Origin: Catajapyx aquilonaris | Lineage: Eukaryota | Reading direction: 5' to 3' | Assembly: GCA_000934665.2 (NCBI GenBank) | Contig: JYFJ02001981.1 | Coordinates: forward strand, 62,001-119,893 | DNA length: 57,893 bases | Shown here: positions 38,801 to 49,364 of the stretch, piece by piece | Layout: each line of letters starts with the position of its first letter | Position numbering within the stretch: the first letter of the stretch is position 1 | Notes under the pieces: model-generated | What the model was told of the DNA's origin: nothing | The model's input: only the letters and a program-made list of their open reading frames with translations | Databases searched by the model: none | Program-made: the position numbers and the translations under genes

Positions 38801-41800
38801 CATTCCAAACTTGAAAATAATGTATCTTTCTATATCAGTAACACATTACTGCTAATGTCAGCAGAATCCCTGAAATTTTTTCATTTGCTTCAACTTAAAC
38901 ACAAAATCTCACAGCACTGACCTGCCAAAGCTCCATCTGAATAGCTGAGTCAAGCTGGGTCAAGCGAGTCTCCAAGTTGAGTTGTTGTGTCTCTGCATTG
39001 TTCAGATTGATGTTCATGGGGCCAGGGGGCAGCTTCAGAATATCATCCAAATGCTTTCGAAGCTTATCACATAGCTTGCGAAACTCTGTCTTGCGTGTGT
39101 ACTTCAAGCAGAATTTGAATGTCTGAAATGTGGATTAGCAGCAATTTAGATAATAATTTGTAATGCCAGTATAATTTTTAAGCTAATTTTCACAGGGCTC
39201 TTTGCCTTTGATCTCCAAAGAAGTTAAGAATTACTGCTCTTATGTACCTGACAATATTAAAACACATGTTTACAAGGCACTTTCATGATTGTAGCGGAAG
39301 AAATAAATCCTTTAAAGAAATTTTCTAACTTGTAGTGTAAATATTTTACCACAATCAGCATGCTTGGAAGAACCAAAGAGTGAAAATCTAGATGTATTAG
39401 TTTCCCAAAAACCAACTAATAAAAGCGTACCATCTGGGCAATGTAATGATAAAGACGCTCCACTCTGGCATTTGTTCTCAGAAGTTCCAGGCACTGGCAA
39501 TAAGATTCCCACAAAAACTTGACCCAAGGGGTCAGGATGGCTCGATCCGTCCTGTCCTGTGCATCCTCGCCACTGACAGCACTGAAAAAAAGTATCTCAT
39601 TATATAACAATGGTAATTACACATTAAGTCCACACATAATACGAAATTATGCAGGGTGCCCAACTCACGACTTTACCCGACATTTCTTGAATAACTTTAA
39701 CACGAATGAAGATATCGCAACTTTGAACTGAACTTACCTTATTATGTGAGAAAGGAAATGGCATCCCAACATGTGCTGGAAATGGCCACCATTTGTGTCC
39801 AGGCAGGCCTGAACACAACACTCCATATTTTGCAAGGTCCAGGCCAGCATGTCCTGATGCACTGCCTGAATTTCTTCAATGACATTTTCTCAAGACGTCG
39901 ATGGATTGTGGTTTGTTTCGGTAAGTATGACACACATCACATGTCAGCATGGCCAAAATTCAGTCCTTTTTTGAAGACCGAGTCATTTCGAAGGGATTTT
40001 GGTCACCATGGTTGCCTGATCTTACTCCGCTTGATTACTCTTATGGACCTTTCTGAAAAGGCGAGTGTACCAAAACGAACCACAATCCATCAGCGTCTGG
40101 AAAGAAAACATCATCCAAGAAATTCAGGCAGTCCCTCAGGACATGCTGGCCAGGACCTTCCAATGCGCCAAAATGTGGAACATTGTTCAGGCTTGCCTGG
40201 ACGAAAATGGTGACCATTTCCATCACATGTTTGTGACACCGTTTCCTTTCCTACATAATGGCGTTAATTCATTTCAAATTTCGTTGGGATATCTTCATTC
40301 ATATTCAAGTTATTAAATAAATTCCAGGTAGAGTAGCCAGTGGGACACCCTGTAATATGAACTGTAAGACGACATTAAAGCACTGTAAATGACATTTAAT
40401 AGCAACATATCTTGGACAAATTCTGAATGATAAATTGGTGCACATACCTCAGAAGAATGCTCTCAGGTGTGGCAACATTATCTAAGTCATCAATATCAAC
40501 CACTGCTTGCTGGGACTGCTCACGAGCCTGGTCCGTCCTCTCTTCTGCCATTGTAAGATAACCACGCACCACATTTTCAAGTGATGCTACATTCACCTAA
40601 AAAAAATCACACCTTAAACTTCTGACAAACAACAAGACACTATACCAACCATCTGGCAGAGGTTCCTATACTGGAACAGCCCTTCCTTGGCAAAGTGTGA
40701 CTTCTTCAGCTCCACACAGAGGTCCAAGTACTTAAACATGATGGGCTCCAAGATCTTCTCGCTGCAGTTGTGGGCCCGCTTGCGGCTACGGATAACCTCA
40801 TACAAGGTATCCAGAGCCCGAGCAGGCTTCCCCACCTCAATAAACTCTGGAATAGTTAAAATATCACAATAGAGTTTTCATATCTGTTTGAAGTTTTAAA
40901 ATGACACTTTATATCAGGCAAAGAGTATGAGCGAATATCATTGTAACTGCAAAAATAATTGTAAGAGCAACGAGAACCAGAGCCATTGCACACTGCATAA
41001 TTTTTTAAATCCTATTTTCTACTTCATATCAGATGTAAACTAAGTAAAATGGCATGCCCAGTTTATCAGGGGTCACTAGATGCTACCAATAATACTGGGG
41101 CTTAGTGAAGTCCCTCCCTGTAGGCCTGTACCATACTAAATGTTACTGTACTTTGTTAATAGTAGCTCAAGAACCAAGTAAAGGTTACCTTAAAGCTTTG
41201 TCACAGGACGTTTCTCTCTTAACACTTCTTATACATTAACAGCTTTGTCCTAGGGTGGCCAGAGGGGGAGACTTACAGAGTCGAATACCTCTAATTCATT
41301 AATTGGGGAACCATCCTGGCATTTCCTGACAAACAAGTATAGCTAACCAAAAATACTTCGACCATCATAATGAGCCTAACAAATTGAACTCACATTTGGT
41401 TTATTAGGAAGGACCCAAAGCAACTATGGCTATCTGGCTGTCAGAAGATACAAGGTGGGTCAGATGGACACAGAAACGAAGAGAGAGAGAAAAGATAGGA
41501 AAGACTGGTCTCTCTCTTTGTCTGGCGGAACTCAGCAACAAATTGGACAAGTTTTGTGCTACAACGTTACATTGTAAAAAGTAATTACCTCATAGTAGGC
41601 TAATAACGGTAAACTTTCAAAAATATTTCCCCATATTAAAAATTCCAGAATAAAAAGACATAAGTGTTTTAACTTATTAGCATTGCAAGTTCCTAATGAA
41701 CCAATTGCTTGTATACAGTATACAGTAGTTTCTTCCCATCTATAGGCCTTAAAACTAATTTTAAGATCTCATGTGACAGAAACCGACACTTTCCTATATG

Positions 41801-44295
41801 TAAATTCCATTACTATAGGTATTAATGGATATATACAAAAACTTGGCCAATAGGTTGGCAGCGTGAATGGACCTACGCCAATGCCACTGGCTCCTGGCCA
41901 AAAAAAAATCTCAAGGCAACCAACATCAACAAACTTACAGCGCAACCTTTCCCTTGAACAACTACGAGGGTTAGTCAAAACAAATTGGGACTGATTTTTT
42001 ATGTGATTAGGAGAATTAGTTCATGACTTTTCATGAGTGGCATATTGTCCAGAATGGCTTGAAGTATTAGATCACCAATTTTTGTTTGAATATTCCAAAA
42101 TCCCAAGCGACAGTGACACCGAAAGTAAGCCTATGTTTGCATTCGCCTCCGCTCTGCCATGAGGTTCGCAGTGAGGAGCAACATTCAGTGTTGAGGTTTT
42201 GTTTCTGTTTGAAGACAACAGCAATGGAGGCATGCTAAGAGAGGTGTATGGTGAAGAAGTGTTCCACAGCATTCTGATGGTACAAGGCATTCAGCGAGTC
42301 AGTAGAAAGCTTTCAAAGACACAGGTCTGCAGACTCGCATCAGAGTTCTGACATAGGACCTCATTAACACCACCTGTGCAGTGATTGCTCAGGAAGAACG
42401 CTGCATATCCATCGATGGCCTTGCCAGAATATGTGGTATATCCCATGGTAGTGCCATTGCAATTTTGCAATGACCATTTGTACACATGACACATTTGCAC
42501 CTGATGCGATGGGTCCTCAGGTTGTTTACTCCATAGGGGAGGCAGATGCAGGTGGAGGTTTGTGAAGAGTTTCAATGTCTTGTGGCCTCACCTGGTGACC
42601 AGTATCTGATGTTCACAATCTTATTATGTCGTACACCTCTGTGGCTGTTTTCTTCAAATGGAAGCAAAACCTCAACACTGAATATTGGCCCTCACCGCCT
42701 CAACCTCCTGGAAGAGCGGAGGCGAATGTAAACCAAGGCCTACTTCCGGTGTCACTGTCGCTTGGGATTTTAGAATATTGGAACATAAATTGGTGATCTG
42801 ATACTTCAAGCCATTCTGGACACGATGTCACTCACGAAAAGTCATGAACTAACTCTCTTTATCGCATAAAAAATCAGTCCCAATTTGCTTTGACTCACCC
42901 ACGCAGCTTTTCTGCTAAACCCACTAAGTTGTGCATATCAGTTAAAAATTAACATGCAAGATTGGCATGACTAATGCTCAATCACTGACGGCCGACGATA
43001 GGTGATCCACCCGGGGTTGGACAGATGTAATATCTATTGTTTTATTGTTGCCAACAACTCATGACAACTTGCAAGTTCGAACAAAAATGCCCTTTCACAT
43101 GACATGCTGGGAAACTAGTAGGCAATTTCTTGCCCTCCAAAATGGGCCAGCTCCTTCCATCCCATGTGAATTAATGCAGTAACATGGGATCAAGGGGGAA
43201 GAAAAGGATGTTATAATGGCTTGGGATTCAGTTTATTCTAATGTGCTTATTCACCAAGATCATGGAGACACCTGTTCCACTGGTGAATGTCCAGTACCAG
43301 GGGTCGAATTATCCAGATGCAAAGGTGCAATTTGCACTCCCAAAATTGTTATCCACACTCCAAACTGAGCTTTGGAGTGCAAAATGTGCACTCCCGTTGG
43401 TCCTGCTTTTTAACATAGCTAAACCCAGTAAATAAAAATGAAGCACTCCCAAGTAATTTGCACTCCAGATTTGCACCTGGGCTAAAAATTTAAGATTCGA
43501 CCCCTGCACAACATTGCTATTGTTACATATAGAGGATTCCGCTGACAGCCTTGTCAGAGGAAGACTGTTAACCAGATGTTTGGTCCTGCCAGCAGTAAGG
43601 CAGGTGTCTCTCACAGGTCTCAGCCATAAGTACACCAGATTAAATTATGGACTCCCCAAGTCATTATTGTACGTTTTATTGTTCGCCTGCCCCCCTCTCT
43701 ATACCACATCACCCACTGTAATGGCTGTTGGATCAGGTAATGTCGGCGCAGGAGTCCCTTTGTGAACATCTGCCTCGCTCAGTGACTGGCTATTTCACAC
43801 ATTTTTATCTGAACTAGGTTGCAATCAGCCGTTTGGGTGCAGATGACGACTCACTTTCACCTGAGTCGACCTCGTACTTTCCATGCCCTGAGTATGGCTT
43901 TAGTGTAATGTGAATGCGCATAATTAAGGGTGGATGCACTCTACCAGAGAATCTCTTTCAAAGGGGAACATGATTCTGCCTGAACCCCATGGATGGATCA
44001 GCACTGTACAATGTGGTGCGCCTCATCTTCTGGGTATCCCAATGTCCTTTATTCTGTCCCCATCCCCGAATCCTTCCATCCTCATATTATATGCCATATG
44101 GACTTCCCTGGGCCTCCATTCCTCCCCCACTGGTTAATGGCGGCCATGCCGCGTTGTAGGGGAGGGGGGAACTAGGCCCAGGCCATGCGGGCCATCTGCC
44201 CACTCCCCCTTCCCGGCCGGCGGGTGGGCCCTCCTGCAGCACTCACCCGTGGCCCTCTTGAGGGCATTCTCCGGCCGCTGGTAGTATCTCGACAT
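29830..44295 (-). CDS. EIF3A: Eukaryotic translation initiation factor 3 subunit A, ~1397 aa, 14 coding exons
   Basis: [31 protein letters not shown]... N-terminus, PCI region, coiled-coil, R/D/P repeat tail and [10 protein letters not shown]-terminus. Exons: 44295-44247, 40846-40650, 40596-40448, 39581-39431, 39122-38922, 38771-38073, 37916-37419, 37187-36975, 36104-35453, 34351-34158, 32168-31606, 31540-31508, 30775-30288, 29936-29830. Total 4194 nt, in frame. Confidence 0.96.
30854..31441. mobile_element. 588-bp PIF/Harbinger-like MITE (TAA TSD) in eIF3a intron 12
   Basis: AACCTGTTTTACGAATTGCCTCTGAGCGTTATAAAGCGACTTC pairs with GAAGTGGCTTTATAACGCTCAGAGGGAATTTGTAAAACAGGTT. TAA on both sides (30851-30853, 31442-31444). 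GC-rich interior. Confidence 0.78.
31899..32129 (-). repeat. Coding tandem repeat: 11 x 21 bp encoding RERDLPP in eIF3a exon 11, followed by degenerate RDRDRDFPP units
   Basis: 231 bp = 11 units that differ only at synonymous positions; visible in ORF 31491..32174. Confidence 0.95.
32215..32905. mobile_element. ~690-bp Tc1/mariner-type MITE with ~110-bp imperfect TIRs and TA TSD, eIF3a intron 10
   Basis: TA|CAGGGTAAAAGGAAACTCGCGGACAATCATCAGGTAGAC... pairs with ...GTCTACCTGGCGATTGTCCGTGAGGTTCCCTTCACCCTG|TA. Internal ~50-bp degenerate tandem repeats at ~32444-32610. Confidence 0.85.
33245..33767. mobile_element. Foldback MITE with ~230-bp near-perfect inverted arms (33245-33476, 33543-33767), eIF3a intron 10
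   Basis: Arms are reverse complements, e.g. GCCGCCATCTTGAAGACCCATTCCGG / CCGGAATGGGTCTTCAAGATGGCGGC and TAGTACACTTACAATGCTC / GAGCATTGTAAGTGTACTA. 66-bp spacer. Confidence 0.9.
34640..35060 (-). mobile_element. Decayed mariner transposase 5' fragment in eIF3a intron 9
   Basis: Minus strand reads, across frameshifts and stops, MTKEE...[19 protein letters not shown]...*CCKKFQ. This resembles the mariner N-terminal HTH pattern (AEGxKPxEIHxRM...WCKKF). Boundaries approximate. Confidence 0.5.
39652..40352. mobile_element. Foldback element made of two inverted 3' ends of a Tc1/mariner transposon, eIF3a intron 3
   Basis: CAGGGTG...CACCCTG|TA termini with degenerate ~280-bp inverted arms. The right arm translates, with frameshifts, as [61 protein letters not shown], the Tc1-like transposase C-terminus (WPPRSPDLxPxD). 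The left arm carries the same segment on the opposite strand. Confidence 0.85.
41965..42903. mobile_element. Foldback element made of two inverted 5' ends of a mariner transposon, eIF3a intron 1
   Basis: TA|CGAGGGTTAGTCAAAACAAATTGGGACTGATTTTTTAT... pairs with ...ATAAAAAATCAGTCCCAATTTGCTTTGACTCACCCACG over ~260-bp arms. The left arm continues into a decayed transposase N-terminus ([35 protein letters not shown]). Confidence 0.85.
43298..43506. mobile_element. ~210-bp MITE with CAGGGGTCGAA TIRs (hAT-like termini), copy 1
   Basis: Perfect 11-bp TIR CAGGGGTCGAA / TTCGACCCCTG with internal TGCACTCC repeats. Homologous to 46228-46466. No intact TSD seen. Confidence 0.75.
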
Positions 44296-44590
44296 GATTG
44301 CTGGAATCCCTGTCCTCCCTGTCTCACTCCATACACACGCACGCACCCACTCTCCAAACCAGGCCGACTCAGACTGGGAGGGAGGAGGAATCGAGTGGGG
44401 GCGAATCAAGTGCTGCCATCTTTGCTTCTCTCCACACGAATATGCTACATTTTTTTATTTGTCTGGACGTGGAATTGGATGTGGAGCATTTATTCGAGAC
44501 TTATTCTCTTCCTAATGACGTTTTGTAATGATATTTAAAGTGTGTGGTTCAAGTGGGAGTTGGAACGTGGAGTGACGTCACGAGAGGAAC
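44296..44590. promoter_or_regulatory. Compact bidirectional promoter/5'UTR interval shared by EIF3A and DENND10
   Basis: Only 295 bp between divergent ATGs. Contains a palindromic CRE GTGACGTCAC (44572-44581) and YY1/Pho-type GCCAT motifs (GCCATCTT near 44415; AACATGGCGGC over the DENND10 ATG). Confidence 0.7.
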
Positions 44591-47500
44591 ATGGCGGCGC
44601 GCATTGAGCTCCTCAGCTGCAACATCTTGGGTAATATTCGGTGATTTCACGCTTCCAGATGACGCCTTTTTGCCAGACAATCAGTGGTTTAGAAAGGCCT
44701 TGATTAGGCTTAAAACGGGCACATGACCTAACTATGTAGGATGTTTCATTTTCTGGAAAAATTAATAAAACCTATGCAGTTGGTGCCAATTCGAATGTGC
44801 AGGTTTAACCCTTAACTAGTGACCTGGAAAATCCTAACACTCACGGTCACCTGGGGTGTTTAAAGACCCCAGGGGATTTTTTAAATATATATTGCATTTA
44901 ATGATAAATATCTGCTATTTAATTTTTTTACACAACACCTGCAACTGTTTTCTTTTCAACTCTCTAGCTGCCGTAGAACGGAATTAAAAAATCATATACC
45001 TAACTACAATTAAACATTTTATAACAAAAAAAATTGCACCTGGGGTGTTGAAAGACCCCAGGTCACCAGTTAAGTGTTAAGTACATTGCAGTGACAGGAA
45101 ATTACCGAATTTAAAAATCATCGTGACTACCGTGGTCATATACTGTATAACACTGGTAATTAACTTATTTTTGATGCAAATGCTAGCTGTTAACACACCA
45201 TTGACATAATAGTATCAATGGTGGTGTTCATATTAGGCAATCACATGCAACATTTTGTAAGGTTAGCTGCACTGTCATGAGCATCATTCAGAATCAAGTG
45301 ACATGCAAACGAATTTATTGTTCCTCACAAGCCATTTATGTATGCAACAATGTTACAAGTGTACTGTCTCCTTTTTCAGAAAAAGACACAAACAATGACA
45401 TCCTGTGTACGTGGACATTCCCTTCGATCACAGAGGACCAGCGCCGCCTAATCATCCGGAAATGTGGCCTAGAAGATGACTCTTCACAAATCCGTCCCTT
45501 CTTGTTTGGACGTTTCAGAAAGTCTTTCTATTACATTCAGAATACAGAAGTGTTTGATTCTGATAACCTTCCAAGGGTCAAGAGGTTTGCTCTTGTCCTT
45601 TGGGCAGCTGACTTCAATCCTGAAAAATATGAAACACTCTGCCGGATATTAAGCAAAACATACTGCAAAACAGGTGACTGCATTTTTTTAAATGCTAGTA
45701 GCAAGGATATTCCATGGCAGTCTGTGGAGTTATTGTTCAAATATGTCACTGTAAGAAGTAGAGGTGTTGATGGCAAAGTGACATATTTCGACATATCTGG
45801 AATCCAATGTTTTTCCCACTTGTCAGTGTCAAAGAATATGATGTGGGTGCTCAAAGTAGCAAACAACTACATGCAAACTAACAAGTAGGCCTATCATGTT
45901 ACTGAACACTGCACTTTTCAACAATATGGGTTGTAAAAATCTGACACACAATCTTGATTCTGAGGGTGCAGTCCCTTTTTCTCAGAACTGAACTAGGTGA
46001 CTCCAAAGAAAGATATTTTTTCGCAATTTTTTAGAGATCTACTTGTCAAAAAAATGCAGTGTCCAGTGAAACCTACCTTTAATTGATCCTTGTTGCAGGG
46101 GAAATTCACCCATTGCAGAACTTGATTCAGTTATGGTGTAGGATTTCCAGACTCCTTTCTGACTGTCATGCTGAAGTACATCTCAACTGCACAGTACACA
46201 TGTTCAAAGCCTTCAATGTTACAGTCTCAAGGGTCGTCGAATCTTAAATGTTTTGTTCAGGTGCAAAGGTTGCACTCCAGAATTTCACCTGGAGTGCAAA
46301 TTACTTGGAGTGCTTAATTTTTAATTGCTGGGCTTAGCCATGTTAAAAATCAGGACGAAGTGCAGTGTAAACTATCCACTTCAACTCTTCAAGGCTCAGT
46401 TTGGAGTGCAGACAACTATTTTTGGAGGGCATGTTGTACCTTTGCATTCAAATATTTTGACCCCTGCAGTCTGTGTGTTTCAGACATAATCAGAAGTAAA
46501 AATAACTTCTGAATGTTTTTCACGAATTCTATAAAGACTTTCTCCAGATGCAATCCCATGTACATGACTGGGCTGGAAATCCTCCTAATATTCCATAATA
46601 CTGGTCACCATTGTTACATTCCCCAGCATCCAGCATGTCACTATTTGTGAGATCATAGTAACTTCTAAGTAAGACCTAATGGATCCTGGCAATTATCTTA
46701 ACAGGTAATGCTGCTGTAATGCTGCAGCTCTACCTGTCTGTGGTGACAAAAGGGTGTTGCATCACTGAAGAAAATGGGACTTTCGTCACCAAAGCTTTCA
46801 AGCAAGAGAGTGTGTTGTCCAATTCCAACATCCGAAGTGTCATTGAAACATTTGGATTGGAAACAATCCTCATCTACACTGCCATTTTGCTGAAAAGGAA
46901 AGTAATGGTCTATCACCACAGTTTGGACACACTGTTGAAGGTATGCATCATTCACAAGTAGGTGTGAGAACATCCCTGAAAAGGCTTTTAAGGGAGGATT
47001 AAAAGGACTGTCCCAACCTGTGAGGTCCTTCAGCCCTAAAAGCCCCATTATTTACTGGCAAAGAAATACAGCTAGAAAGGTAGAATTCAAGTATTCAAGT
47101 ATTAAGCTCAGCCAGAACCCTGTCCACCTGTTGTAAGCAGAACAAATTGAAACCAGGGAGAGCACAGGTCACCAAGGCCCCATAGGAACGTGGCCACCCG
47201 AGTTCCTTAGAGACCACATCCATATGGAGATCTTGGCTGAAAAGGCTGAATGAATCAATCCAATATCCTCGTGGATTTCTATACAACCCCCATCAAGAGT
47301 ATAATTTTATTATAATTAAGTTCACATGTTTCTTCCTCATGTATTATCAGTTCATGCGGGCACTTCCCACCTTGGTATGGCACCGGCAATGCTGGGACAC
47401 CCTGTACCCTTGGATAGACCTAAACTCGGAGGAGATATATGACCTGAAAGCAAGTGATCACTATCTGGCTGGATGTTTAGAGGCAGGGGTTGAGTCACGT

Positions 47501-47920
47501 GCTGACCTGTATGATGTGTTTGTCAACCTAGCTGCCACTGAGATTTCTATTTCACCACGTGCCAAAGGTTAGCCACCCTTTTTTTTGTGATATGTGAAGT
47601 CAGTGTAAATTACACTGATTGTTGCATAACTGAACTCCTCCATTCCAGAGTCCATGACAATGACAAAAACTCATAAGGACATAGCCCTCTTTATTGTCCG
47701 CCTCTCTGAGGACAGCTCACTGAGTGACCAACACATAATCCAAGAGATTTATGGAAAAACCAAGGACCTGTTGGCACACCTTCACTCCTTTGCAACTGTG
47801 ATTGCATCTGATGGCAAGCAGATGGTGAGCATCGAAGCCCTGCAGGAACGGAATTTGTCACCTGCTCTGGAAAACTTTCTGGTTAACTTAGCCCAAGCTG
47901 AGGGACTCCTCATGCTCTGA
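44591..47920 (+). CDS. DENND10: DENN domain-containing protein 10 (FAM45A), 352 aa, 5 exons (44591-44630, 45380-45673, 46705-46940, 47351-47567, 47649-47920)
   Basis: EKDTNNDILCTWTFPS...DFNPEKYETLCRILSKTY...EENGTF...FGLETILIYTAILLKRKVMVYH...RALPTLVWHRQCW...DLYDVFVNLA...ENFLVNLAQAEGL matches FAM45A motif by motif. Junction phases are consistent. Confidence 0.94.
44809..45076. mobile_element. 268-bp piggyBac-type MITE (TTAA TSD) in DENND10 intron 1
   Basis: TTAA|CCCTTAACTAGTGACC ... GGTCACCAGTTAAGTG|TTAA. Subterminal palindrome CCTGGGGTGTT(T/G)AAAGACCCCAGG near both ends. Confidence 0.85.
46228..46466. mobile_element. Second, inverted copy of the CAGGGGTCGAA MITE family, DENND10 intron 2
   Basis: Reverse-complement similarity to 43298-43506 (GAATCTTAAAT, GGAGTGCAAATTACTTGG, CTCAGTTTGGAGTG, GACCCCTG). 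CAGTCT appears on both flanks. Confidence 0.7.
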
Positions 47921-49364
47921 ATTGATATATCCTGGTCATCAATAATTATTAAGGAGTCATATCAGTATCTCTTGTAGAGATAGGTATTCCTTTATTTATT
48001 TGTTGGTTGGTGTCAACATAGTGACACAGAGTCACAGAGAAGAAAACCCTGCACAGTTAGCTATCAGCTTGATAATCAGAGTTCACCCATTCTGAAGTGA
48101 GGTGAGAACCAGGTTTGGCAAGAGCATGGAGGACAGTCCATTAGAGCTGCCACTCATATTTCAGGGTAGTCAGCAACAAAAAACTGTGTCATATTCGTAC
48201 CATTCAGCTTCAATAATTTATTTGTCATGTAAATTTTGCCACCAGTGTAACATGGCCCATTGCTTGGTGTACCTGCTATGCCTACTACAAAGACCAATAT
48301 TTTTATGTAGCTAAACCTTGCACTCTGCCACATTTAACAATATCTCTAGCATTACCATCATCTATTAGAAATTATTAATGAGTGCCAAACTCTCCCTCAA
48401 TTACTTCTCTTTTCTCTCAATAGAGAAAGAAATTATAGTACAGTGGCACTAGATTAATTATCCCTAAGCAATAAAAAAAATGGCACAAAAACAGTAGAGA
48501 GCAATACACTGTGATGATAGTGCCTCATGTGGTGAAACTCTAAAATACACAGCTATTTTTTTACCCTCATACCCTTGGCCTGTCCATTTCAATTGAATTC
48601 CTCTGTATCATATACCGTACATTCCATTTGGGCCATCCATAAAGTAAATGGCCCTCCACTTTGGTATCAATCTGAATACTGGATCAGACGTCAAGGTGTT
48701 TAAACATGGCATCTCCAAGAGTGGTTTCGGAAATCATATGTTAAACTTGTATCAGATTATTTCTAGGAGGCATGCTTTGCACATTCATTCATTATCATGC
48801 ATTCAATGATAACTGTAAGGCTCTATTTGTGCTACTAAAGCATCTGTTATTTTGCAACCATTTCAGGAAATTTTATGATTGATTGTGAGAAAAAGAGCTA
48901 GTGTAAGGAGTATGACCTGTATTTTTATGTCGATGCTATCAGGAAAACTTACTCTATATCATTACACGGTGTAAAGGGTTATCCTCGATTGAGATGTCTA
49001 CTGGACACGTTGATGACCAGGATGTTGAATATTGCATTAAACTGCCATATACCTGTGAAAAGTCACTACACTCATATGTAAAAAGCAGCAAAAAAACATG
49101 CTTTATTACAGACTACTTGTTCGTTACAAAAAGGGTACTATTTTTTTCAACTATACAGTTATGGCGCTTGTGAGTAGGAGGAATAAATAACTGGTTCCTG
49201 CTGAACTGTTGGAGTCATATTTGGATTGGGTAAAAAGTGTTGGATCAAACAGTGATCAGACTTCCATTTTCAGTCAGGTTTCTTTTGAATTGGCAACAGC
49301 CCAAGTGAGCTCATTTCACTCCTGAATTAGCTAAAAAAAATAACATTTGTCAAGACTGACAATT

